Source of the DNA: Octopus bimaculoides
Taxonomy: Eukaryota
Direction of reading: 5' to 3'
NCBI RefSeq assembly: GCF_001194135.2
Contig: NC_068991.1
Coordinates: 8,606,450 to 8,670,449, forward strand
DNA length: 64,000 nucleotides
Position numbers and translations under genes: made by a program. Positions within the stretch are counted from its first letter, which is position 1. The number at the start of each line of letters is the position of its first letter. The notes beneath the pieces were generated by a model. It searched no databases. It was not told the DNA's origin and saw only the letters and a program-made list of their open reading frames with translations. Shown here piece by piece: positions 13,301 to 26,400 of the stretch.

Positions 13301-15757
13301 AAATGTAAGTATGGAAACATCAAAATGACCATTCATTTTGTTCTCTTTGCTGGGTGCATGTCCCTTTTTTTTTAATATCATCATCGTTTAACGTCCGTTT
13401 TCCATGCTGGCATGGGTTGGACGGTTTGACAGGGACCAGTCAGGCAGGAGCTGGCCAGGCAGGAGCCAACCAGACTTCTGTCTGTTTTGGTAAGACTTTA
13501 ACGACTGGATGCCCTTCATAACACCAACCACCCAGCAGCAGGGACTGAGTGCTTTTTACGTGGCACAACTGCAGGCAAAGTCAGTTGTGGCATGGCTTTT
13601 ACTGCTGGATGCCCTTCCAATATTTTTTATTTTTTTATTTTGCATCCAATTTTTTTTGTCTTGTGTTGCTATGTTTATTTTGGTTCTTTAACTCATCAAG
13701 GATGCCTCAGTGTGGTTTGCTTAACTTGCAAGAACTTCTTTCGGTCATTAGACCATGGTCATGCTGGTACACCGGCTTGAAGAATCTTTAGTTAAATAAA
13801 CCGGCCCTGGTACTTATATTTTTAAGCCTGGTACGTATTCTATTGGGTTTTTTGCTGAACTGCTAAGTTATAGGGATGTAAACGCACTAGCATCAATTGT
13901 CAAGTGGTGATGGAAGACAAAGACACACATACACACACACATGCACACACACACACACACACATGGGTTTCTTTCAGTATCTGCCTACCAAATCCACTCC
14001 CAAAGCTTTGGTTGGTCTGAGGCTATAGTAGAAGGCACTTGCACATGGTGCCATGCAGTAGCACTGAACCCGGAACCTTGTGGTTGAGAAGCAAACTTCT
14101 TACTACACAGCCAGACCTGCACCTACTAATGGTAACACGAATCAAAACTCAGGCCATTGAAACACCAGTCTTACACTAGTGAACTATACCAACGAGATAC
14201 CAGCCGAGAGCAGACGTGATTTGATTGTTGGTACCTTAGCATCGTGACCACAAGTGCAACACAGTGTCAGCCTGCTGTTAAGAATTGCTACCTCCCTGCT
14301 TGTTGCCAGGTACATTACTGATTCAATTATCTATGCTCTCTCTCTCACTCTCTCTCTCTCTCTCCCCACTCTATTAACGAAAATGATGTAAGAAGTGGGG
14401 GACCAGACGAATATTTCTATGAACACTGCACTGCCTCTATAATACTTGTGTGTTGCTCAGCAAATGACCTTAGACTGTTTACTTTAAAGCATTTGCTTGC
14501 TTGTACTTAGTGTTTGGTTTGTTTGCTGTTGGATGTATCCTGGAGCTTTCAGTCATGTTATGGTTATTGAGTTATTTTTCTTTGCAGACACAATATTTTG
14601 CATCTCTTCCTCTTTTTATTTTACTCTGTTTCACATATCCGTGAATATATATATGTGTGTGTGTTTGTATGCATATGTGTATGTGTGTGTGTATGTGTAT
14701 ATATACAGGGTGTGTAAGATATTTGAGGACAGATTTATGTTTATAAAAAACATATATAATAACAGTTAATAACTTTATCAAAAAATGCTATGAGGATAAA
14801 AATAAACCTTCTTTTCTATAATGTTATTCACTAAAGCCACCTTCAGCTTCAACAACTGCTTCTATATGAGATCTAAATCATCTCCATGCTCGAATCAAGT
14901 GGTCCTGGTTCATTTTGGACATTACTCTGACTATGGCAGCTTTCATAGAATCTTTGGTGTTACGAGCACGTTCATTGACCTCTCTCTCAACAATGCTCAA
15001 TGCTCCACATATAGTAGTCCAATGGATTGAGATCTGGGGAATTAGGAGGCCAAATGTTAGGGGTTATGTGATCATGAAAAGTTTCAGCCATCCATTCCTG
15101 TTTAACCCATTGTCGGCAATAAAGAAATAAGATATGTGAGGGCATGGGAAGTATGTGGATGGGCAAGTGTGGGGGATTGGAAGGGCCTGCAGTGGATGAG
15201 GGATAGTAGAGGGGCCTGCAGTGGGTGGTGACCATGGGCAGTGTTGGGAAGATGGGTTGTGGGTGAGTTTTGACAGAGGCCAGATTATGTGTGTGTGAGA
15301 GGAGACAGGGCCTTAAAGGACGTGCCCGTATGTAAGGATGGCCATGATTTTACTTAGCTTGATGTGTCTTCTCAAACACAGCGAATATATATGTATTTGC
15401 CTTGTCATCTCCTCAACAAGACCCAATGTCTGAATCTCCTTTCTCACCACTTTGTCCCACATCTTTCTGGGCCTACTCCTTGCATATGGGTCTGCCACAA
15501 TCTGAGATCGGCATTTCTTTATTTGGTTGTCCTCATTCATATACATCATACGACCATTCCATAGTATTTTTCTACCCAATTTTTGTTGTTGTTTTTTTGT
15601 TTTTCCAGTCAAAGGCCAGCATTCATTTTACGGTGCGGGTGTCCTACATTGAAATCTACCTAGAAGAGTTGTGTGACCTGCTGGATGTGGACAACAAAAC
15701 CTTACACGTACGAGAGGATGAGAAAGGGAATACTGGTAAGTAGATTGGCTTCCTCTA

Positions 15758-15789
<32 letters not shown>

Positions 15790-15857
15790 CTCACATTCTC
15801 ACATGCATATATGTGCATGCACACACACACATACACACAAACAATGATACATGCACG

Positions 15858-15895
<38 letters not shown>

Positions 15896-16633
15896 ATGGG
15901 TTTCCACACAGTTTCTGTCTACCAACTTCACTCACAAGGCATTGGTCATCTCAGGGCTATAAGAGAAGACTCTTGCTCAAGGTGCCATGCAGTGGGACTG
16001 AACCTGGAACCATTTGGTTGCAAAGCAAGCTTAACCATAGTCATGCCTGCACCTAAAAATTTGTCCCTTGGGGGTGTATGTTTTTTCTTTTCCTTTACAG
16101 TTGGTTTGAATTATTGATCAATTATTGATTTAATATTGTTTCAGTGATATCAGGTGTCCAGGAGGTAAAATGTGAAAGCATGGAGGATGTGTTTTCCTGT
16201 TTGGAGTCTGGTTCTGCAGTTCGTCATACGGGGTTGACACAAATGAATGAACATTCTAGCCGATCACACTCGGTTTTCACCATTGTTATAGGTATGCAAT
16301 GTAACTGTTGTCTATATAGTATATTCTGCTGGGCTATGCAAATGCGCTTAAAGCTAGTTTTTTTTTTTGTTTATATAATGACCCCCACTTCTATGTCATG
16401 TTTCTTGTAAATTAAAACAACATTTACTCTTTTACTTGTTTCAGTCATTTGACTGAGGCCATGCTGGAGCACCGCCTTTAGTCGAGCAAATCGACCCCAG
16501 GACTTATTGTTTGTAAGCCTAGTACTTATTCTATCGGTCTCTTTTGCCGAACCGCTAAGTTACGGGGACGTAAACATACCAGCATCGGTTGTCAAGCGAT
16601 TTTGGGGGGGGACCAACACAGACACACAAACAT

Positions 16634-16664
<31 letters not shown>

Positions 16665-19071
16665 CATATATACGACGGGCTTCTTTCAGTTTCCGTCTAC
16701 CAAATCCACTCACAAGGCTTTGGTCGGCCCGAGGCTATAGTAGAAGACACTTTCCCAAGGTGCCACGCAGTGGGACTGAACCCAGAACCATGTGGTTCGT
16801 AAGCAAGCTACTTACCACACAGCCACTGCCATATTTGTAAAGTATTTTTGACAAGGACTCAATATTTTATTTGTGTGTGCTGTTGTTAAGATGTCATCCA
16901 GTATAACCTGTTGTTTGGTAGAGTTACTTGACTTGTTTTTAACAATATGTATTAAATTATTGACTTGTTTGGATATTTTTTTTTTTTCCTGTTTTACTAA
17001 CTGCATGCATAAACCACTATTTCTCTTCTGCATGATATCAATTGCCAGACCAGAAATGGACCAATTCTGACATTTTCAGTAGCAGACATTTTGATTACTC
17101 TACCAACTGTTCAGTGTCGAGTGACCGAGGTAGGTTTTCAGTTATGACTTAGAGACATGAGGTTTCAAATTGCAACTGCTAAGTGCTGTTGTTGTTGTTG
17201 AGTAGCTTTGCTTGTTTGTACTTAAGCTTACATATAGAACATATAGATTAGATACACACACTCACAAAGGTTATATATATCATCATCATCATCATCATCG
17301 CAAGGAAGGTAAATGATGGTGATGATACACACACACACATGCAAACACACACTCACTTGTATTACTCTTTTACTTGTTTCAGTCATTTGACTGCGGCCAT
17401 GCTGGAGCACCGCCTTTAGTCGAGCAAATCGACCCCGGGTCTTATTCTTTGTAAGCCTAGTACTTATTCTATCAGTCATTTTTGCCGAACCGCTAAGTTA
17501 CGGGGACATAAACACACCAGCATCGGTTGTCAAGCAATGCTAGGGGGACAAACACACATACATATACATATATATATATACATATATACGACGGGGTTCT
17601 CTCAGTTTCCGTCTACCAAATCCACTCACAAGGCTTTGGTCGGTCCGAGGCTATAGTAGAAGACACTTGCCCAAGATGCCACGCAGTGGGACTGAACCCG
17701 GAACCATGTGGTTGGTAAGCAAGCTACTTACCACACAGCCACTCCTGCGCCTAACTATATTGTATAAGTATAATGGAATAGATCTATTGCATGCATGTGG
17801 CCAACTGAATGCTCTCCAAGAATCTTAGTCCATTGTTCACACCTATTCCGACACCAACTCTGCTCCTGTTTTAACATGTTTCACTCACTTGGCTGCAATG
17901 TTTTGTTACTAACAAGAAGGAAAACCAAAGCTTGTTTTAGACACAAAGATACTTTATACAGCGTTTAATGAATACATTTTACAGTGTTTCAATTGTAGCA
18001 TTTCTCATTCTTTTCCAGAAATTTCCCACTGCATGTCAGCCAAATTTCACTTTGTTGATTTGGCTGGCTCAGAAAGAGCACATCGCATTGGTAATGTTGG
18101 TGAACGATTTAAAGGTAAGTTTTGTTAGCTGTATTATGGAGATGGGGGTAGCTCCGTGCTGTGTGTGTGTAGGGGAGATATGCTGTGTTTCTTTTTCATT
18201 ATCTAATCTCAATCTGAACAGGATTATATTATAGCAGTTCGTTATTTACTCTGTACCCCCCACCCCTGCCCTCCAATCAACCAGTATGCTTTCTTAGAAG
18301 CTAATTTAACCAATGGTGGCCTCAATTTCTCAACATTCCAGGTTTACAGCACTCTTTGTTCACAAATTATGATGGGAGAGCAGAGAGCAGTGTACATGGC
18401 TCATTGTGATACAAGGTGGGGTGGTTAGGATTAGGGGATAAATTTTATCTTGTTTTTGTNNNNNNNNNNNNNNNNNNNNNNNNNNNNNNNNNNNNNNNNN
18501 NNNNNNNNNNNNNNNNNNNNNNNNNNNNNNNNNNNNNNNNNNNNNNNNNNNCTGACCTGAGTCGTGGGTGATATTGCACAAGAGTGGTGGAGATAGTCAC
18601 CACAGTAGATCACCAAATTAATATCTTAGAGTTCTTAGTCTAAATCCTGTTGGTGTTGACTATTTTCCTTCCCTCTGAAGTAGATAAAGTAAATATTATT
18701 TGTGTACATACCAAAGTTAGTTACTAGTTGTTGTTTAGCAGACTTATGATCAACAGTGTTCTGGTTGTAACCTTCCAGTTTCTTTTAATGCTGGTATTCA
18801 GGTAAAGTGTATCTAGGTCTACATTATATTTTTGTATCCTTCCTTTTTTAGGATGGCTGAGTGGGATTTGTAGGAGATTTAGTTGTTATTTCTAGCAGGT
18901 TGTCCACTACAAAAGCTCCCTCATTAACTAAACCGTTAATTATAATACTTAGGTCAAATACTGTCTAAGAGTAACCAAAATAAAAATCAGAATTATATCA
19001 GGAAAATGGCTACAAGTTAAATCAAACTAAATGTAATAGATTCCATCCAGGAACAAAGTGAATACACACAC

Positions 19072-19119
<48 letters not shown>

Positions 19120-19762
19120 TTTTTTCTTTTATTGGTTTCAGCCAGATGTTGTGGCCATGCTAGGGCACTGTCATTTGTTTGATTGCTTATTTTAAACTCA
19201 TTTCCAACCCCTCTCTCTGAAACTGGTCCTGTTGAAGTAGTGAGTTGGACAAAGCTGGCGTTTCTTGTTGTGGGTTCATCTAATATCTCAGAGAAAAATT
19301 TGTCTAAATGTTCTTTGAAGACAACCACATCTATACCTCGCAGCTAACTGAGTTTTTTTTTTCTTTTTTGACAAAGTATTGGACCCTTGAACTCTAAGCT
19401 GTTACAGTTTTTGGATCTTTGCTCTAGATGGAAATGCATTTATGTATAGTAATGCCCTTAATATAAATATATATGTCATCATCATCATCATCATCGTTTC
19501 ACGTCCGCTTTCCATGCTAGCATGGGTTGGATGGTTTGACTGAGGACTGGTGAACCAGGTGGTTACATCAGGCTCCAATCTGATTTGGCAGAGTTTCTAC
19601 AGCTGGATGCCCTTCCTAATGCCAACCACTCAATAAACTGTCACTACATAAACCTGATGATTGTGTAATGCATGAAAGTACTAGTTTATTTCAATATTGT
19701 AAAATAGTAAAAATTGTAAATAATAAAACTTGAAAATCAGACTAAGTTGGAAATTCATTGAT

Positions 19763-19794
<32 letters not shown>

Positions 19795-20771
19795 TAATAT
19801 ACACTAATGTTTGTTTTTATATCAAGTTATGTATAAAAACCATTTAGCATTAAACTAAAGGAGTATTCAATACATTTTAGTAGAGTGCAAATTTATTAAA
19901 CTTTTACAAAGGAAAGATTGACAGTGACTTTAAAGTTTCAGTTTGTTTGCCTATATATAGATTGTCATCTTATTGTATTAGGGCTGCATTTTACTGTTAA
20001 TGGCAGCTGAAATCTTTTTACCCACATAGCTTCGTCCTACAAACTGCTGCAGTTTGTAGGAAGAAGCTATGTGATCATTTTCTCTTGTCTATGATATTTA
20101 GTCCTTTAAGTTTTCTGTCAATCGACATATTTTGGAATTGTTTGCCCTTTCTTTTCCTTCTTTGTAGTCCCTTATGCTATAGTGGCCTCAAGCTTTGTTA
20201 GGGGACATACAATGAAGAGTTGTGGTCAGGGTCCATTTGATCTAATTGATGTCTTCTATCTAATAAAATAGCACAAGCCATTCTAGTCAGCACCAACTGG
20301 GGTACATCTAGTTGAGTAAATATCGTCATAAATACAACTCCATTCTCATATAAAGCAACCATTAGAGCCTTTGTCTTTCTTTCTTTCCTTTTTTTTTCAG
20401 CTGACAATTCCTTAGTTTATAAAATATTGATGTACTTTGCAGTATCTTAAATGTCAAATAGACAATGAAATTATTAAAATAATATTTCATCATCTATTTT
20501 TCATCATATGTAATACAAATTAATATCGTTGTGTGTATCTGCATGTGTGCACGCATGTGTGTGTGTGTATACATACATACATATATATATATACATACAC
20601 ACACACACACATATATATATACATACATACATACATATACATATCATCATTGTCAATTTAAGCATCACTTTTACATGTTTGCTTGGATTTGTGTTTGTAA
20701 GTATATATATATATATGTGTGTGTGTGAGTGTGTATACACACAAACACATGCATGCACACACACATGCACA

Positions 20772-20807
<36 letters not shown>

Positions 20808-23364
20808 TATTGCTTGATCATTTTGTGAGGCACTTTGAGTAAGTGTTGTCTACTATAGCCTTGAGTTGATCAATAATCTGTGAGCTGAATTTGGTTCAGC
20901 AAAAACTCTGTGTGTGTGTGTGTGTGTGTGTGTATAAGGATGTTATCTTCCACCAGTTTATACAAGTATAGAAAGTTAACAATAGTGAAACCAAGTCCAA
21001 TGCACCAAATTACTAGTACTTTCTTGTCACTCTCACCACCAGGAATACAGACGAGCCAATAATTGGTTCATTGGAAACCTGTAGCCAACAGCATTATCAT
21101 TCACCATGTCTAGTATGAAATAGATAAAAACGGGTATCATTTCATGACATAAGGATTGTAGTCAGCTTCATTATGGTTTGGGCTATTTTTCTTTCTCATG
21201 GTTTTTGAGCTGTGGGGTGGGGGAGAACAAAGACACAAAAACACACATACACATGCACACACACACAGTTTCCATCTATCAAATTCAATCACAAGTCATT
21301 AGTTGACCCAGGGGTGCCACACACACTAGAAGTGAACTGGAAACCACACGGTTATAAACCCAGGGTGACCAATGCTTTGTGAGTGAATTTATTAGGCAGA
21401 AACTGTGTGTGTATAAGTAAAGGATATTGTTTTTGTTTTTTTTAAAAATATTTATATATTTTTTATTCTTTTCTTGTCTCTTGTAGAATCAGTACATATA
21501 AACACTGGTCTTTTAGCTCTTGGCAATGTTATCAGTTCACTTGCTGACTCAAAGAAAAAAGCCAAACACATTCCTTATAGAGATTCCAAAATTACCAGAA
21601 TCCTCAAGGTAGGTTAATGATCAAAACTGTTGCTTAAGAAATTTCAGTGCTGTAAGGTGAAGACTATATAAAACATGCTTTATGAGTTACATATTGTTTT
21701 TGACATCTACAATTCATTTGTAAGACATATACAGTGGAGATCAATAATTCTAGACACTTTCTTGCATTGTTGCTTGTTGGTTTTATATCTCTTTCTGCTC
21801 ATAATTATTTTTTCATTGTCTTTTTCTCATCAACTTATATCTTCAGTATATATATATATATATATACTGAAATATGGTTCTCTCAGTGTGTTATTAATGA
21901 AATGCTGCATTTAATTTGTAATAAAGAAAATTTTTCTCCATAGGCAAAATATCTGTAGAATCTATTTCCAGTGTGATACAGTATTGGACTAAATATCTGG
22001 CAAAGTGGCCTAGATTTCTGGAGTTTCCATTTTTCTGAGAACTGCCTAAATATATACTTAAAATAACTTAGTTACCATTAAGCTAATGTGAGGAACATAA
22101 ATTGTGACTAAGATTTGGTGGAAGATTTTAATTCAGAACTTTTGAAAACAAAATTTTTGTACTACAGGGCCAGAAGTGGTTTCAGCTGGGTTGGTATCAA
22201 AAGGGTTAATGTTTATCAATCTACATATAAAAATGAAGAGCAAATCTAGTTTTAACACCGCATGCATATTTTAACCAAAAACAGGGTTTGTTCGCTCAAT
22301 TCAAATACAATATATTGAATAATATTGCACAATATTCCTGGATTTCTGGGAGCCAGATAAAAGGTCTGTTACTGTATAAATAATGTGTTTGTTGTTTATT
22401 TGACATCACTATTGTTTTCCTTACAGGATTCCCTCGGCGGTAATGCTCAGACTCTGATGATTTGTTGTGTTAGTCCTGCAGTTTCTGGCTTTGACGAGAC
22501 CTTGAATTCCCTTAAATATGCTAACAGAGTAAGACTGATATTTCTACTTCCTCTTGTTTGTAATTAACAACAGGTTTAACTCGTTAGCACTCAGATCATT
22601 CTGTCAAACGTGATGCTTATTTATTCACATTGTTTTAAATTAGTTATGTGTTGTCTCATAGCTTTGAGATTTCAATGATGTGATTAATTATTTTCAAGAT
22701 GACATTGTGGGGCAGGTGTGAAAGCCCATTTCTGACTGGTTTGAACATAAAACAGGTAGAATATTTTGGGCCAGATATGGCTGGTCTAAATGTTAAGGGG
22801 TTAAAAAATACTCACAAAGACCACTGGGGTCTTTGTGATTATTTTCACATCTGTTGTTACATCTGAAATAAACCCATCATTAACAGAGATATCCAGTCAA
22901 TTAGAGGTTTGCAGGTAACGAGCCTCGATGTGTGTAGGTAACGAGCCTCAAAGGTTTAGTACCAAGTACTGCCACTTCTGCTACTATTTGAATCATCTTC
23001 ACATTTTTTGTTTTATCATCTTCATGCATTTACATTTCTTTACATTCTGAGTTCAGATCCCACCCTTTGTCTTTGAATCTTCATGGGTCAATTAAATAAA
23101 TACCAGTTGACTACAGGAATCTTTATAATCAATTGTTCCATCTCCTCAAATTTGTGCCTGAGGCAAAAGCACTCCTCCTCCCCCTCCTCCTCGTCGTCAT
23201 CATCATCATGAGTGTTGATAGTATTGTTAGTAGTGATGATGGTGGTGATGACAGCAGCAGTGTAGTGTCAGAGGTACCACCACCTCCACCATCTTTACTA
23301 CTACTACTACTACTACTGCTGCTGCAACTACAACTACAAAAACAGCTACTACTACTACTACTAC

Positions 23365-23401
<37 letters not shown>

Positions 23402-26400
23402 AGTACTAAACCAGCAATTTTAGTGGGAGGGGTGAAAATCGCTTGACTGATGTTTTATTTTATCAACTCTGAAAGGATGAGAGTCGACCTCAATAGAATT
23501 TGAAATCAAGATGTAATAAGTTGGATTAATAATAATGGCAAATTCACCTTTTTTTTCCTTCCAGGTGAAAGACATCCGAAATAAACCCATCATTAACAGA
23601 GATATCCAGTCAATTAGATTTGAAGAGATGCAGACCGAAATCCTTGTACGTTGTTATAAATATCATCTGATGTTTTTGTTGTTGAAGAACACAATGTCGG
23701 TAGATTATTCAGAGATTACAATCACACCACAAACATACAGCTCTTATTTAGTTATTGTCAGCTTCAAGGAAAAAAAATGTGTAAAATATCAAAACCGCTG
23801 TTGGAGCTTAAATTAACATTTTTTGTGAGAACTTGTGGAAGAGGTAGATCCAGGAAGACATGGAATAAATTATTCTTGTAACCTACTGACAACCTGTGCA
23901 AATTTCTTAGTTAATTCTGGAATCGGTTATTTTTTTCCTTTTCTTTCACTTTTATTGTCTTCTTCATTAAAGATTCTCCGTAAACCTTCAGATTTCTTTC
24001 GTTTCAGAATTTGCGAGAGGAACTGTCACGTCAACAAACACGTCTGTTCAGCGCTGGCGACGGTGATGGTAACAGCAATAGTGACATTGACAAAGAGAGA
24101 TTTTCAACTCAGAGCAGCAATATAAAGGATATGGAAGACAAAATTCTCAGGTTTAATCATAAAGCCTTTATAGATAGTTGGATGTGTATATGTGTGATTT
24201 GTAGAAACTCTGCCAAATTTAGATTGGAGCCTGGTGTTGCCATCCGGTTTCACCAGTCCTCAGTCAAATCGTCCAACCCATGCTAGCATGGAAAGCGGAC
24301 GTTAAACGATGATGATGATGATGATGATCATTAGCATTAGATGTGATAGTGGAGGAGGGGGAGTGAGAGAAAAAGAAGCAGAGAGGGATTTTGATGGGAC
24401 TTGGATCAAATTTGATCCGATTTCCATCAACATTACACACATAACCCTCAGATGTATACATATTTTAAAGTGTGCTTCTTAAACACTTTTACTCTGCATC
24501 TAAATGATTGTCAGAACTGGTTTGTCATTTTAACATTTATTCTCACACTCTGAGTGTGCCCCATTATAATGTTCAATACAACATTTCAGTATGTATGCCA
24601 GGCTAATCTTCTAACGTGATGTCTGAATATTTGTTTGACATGCAGACTGCAAGCAGAGTGCCACCATTATCAGCAATTATCAGAAGAGGCTTACAAACAA
24701 CTGCTGCAAATACAAGAACGAGATATTCTATCTAAAAGCCAGAACCTTTCTTTAAATGATTGGTTAGAATTGAGAGAACAGGTGAGTAAACACCAATTTT
24801 CTGTTCCTACACCATAACAATGGGTTTTGCATTTCCTCTCCCTTCCATTTTCTGTGGTCCTTCTTGTTACCGTACAGCTTTTCTTGCAGGCTATTAACCA
24901 GTTTTCTATATTGCTGTATGTCCCCCCTCTTCTCTTCATCCCTACTTGTTGCTCAAGAGCAGTGGTTATTGGCTTTAACCCTTTAGTATTTAAACCAACC
25001 ATATCCAAGACTGACAGTCACTACTGTGGAGCTTTCTTGCTATCCTCTTTGATAAAAGCCGAACCATTCTTAATAACCTGACTGCTTATGCTTGATTGCA
25101 CTTATGACTGTGCAATATTGATAATGTTACTTTATAACCTCACCCACTGTTGTATGGTTGTCCTTAATGTGCAGTTATTTTTGTAGTTGTATAACTTCTC
25201 CTATACTAAATTGTCTTTCTACTACTTAATCCCCCCATTTTTAATGGCCTCTCTCATCACTGTACAACAATCTTCAGTGCTGTTGGGTCTCCCCTGTTAT
25301 CTACTGCCACCTCTATTATCTAGCATCATCCTTTGTTGTTGTAAGGATGACACCCTCTGCTATACAGCATCTCCTGTAATTGTGCAGCCTCTCCTATAAA
25401 TTGTACAGTCTCTCCTGTTATTGTTCAGCTTTCTCTATTGCTGTAAAGTCATCATGTTACTGTACAGTTTCTGATGTTCTATACATCATACTGTTGTTGT
25501 CTTTTAACTTTCTCTTTTGTTTCTGAACTGCCAAGCAATAATAAGTTGACAAAAGTGAAATAAGTTAGTTTGCTACAACAAAGAAGAAGGTTCCAATGTT
25601 TTTATGCAGGGCCCTTCATTACAGGGGAAGAGAAATTTCTCACTCATTTGTGAAATGTTTGTTCTTACTATTTGCTGCTACAGACCATCACTAGTTTCCT
25701 TGGGAACTTTTGCCATACAATAAGGCTTTCTCTGCACTAAGGACCCTTTGTTGTTACTATTTGGCCTTCCTCTATCTGTTAGCTATGGGTATGAACCATT
25801 TCTTCTTTTTTTGCAGATCATGAAGAATGTCACATCTTCTGTCAATATAACTGAATATTGGAATAAACAGAAAATAGAAGAACTTCAAGCTGATATCAAG
25901 AAGGTATGAAGGACACTTTATGCTGTGTCATCTGATAAGATAGAGTAATGCATAATACACATGATACATACATTCACATTCACATAATGCATATATACAC
26001 ACACACACCCAGAGTTTAACTGATACTTATTTTATTGACCCCAAAAGGATGACAGGCAAAGTTGACATGGGTGGAATTTGAACACAGAATGTAAAGATGG
26101 ATGAAATGCCACTGAGCATTTTGCCTGGTGTGCTAATGATTCTGCTAGCTTACCACCTTATATTAAAAACTAACATATTGGATTTAGAAGGTTATCTGCT
26201 CATCTAGAAGTTGTGCAACACTGCACGCTAAGCCAAGTATTATCAGGTTGTTAAGGAAGAGTAGGCCCAAACATTAGGGCAGTGAGCTGGCAGAAATGGT
26301 AGCACATCAGACAAAATGCTTAGTAGTTTTCTGAGTTCCAATCCCACTGAGATCAGCTTCGCCTTTCATCCCCTTTGGGGTTTAATGAAATAAAGTACCA

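Noticed and set aside
17049-17129. Divergent motor-domain insertion or catalytically dead kinesin
   Set aside because: It is a normally variable loop; the P-loop, switch I and switch II motifs are all canonical.
23133-23423. ORF with polyP/polyL/polyM
   Set aside because: Compound trinucleotide microsatellite in a KIF27 intron.
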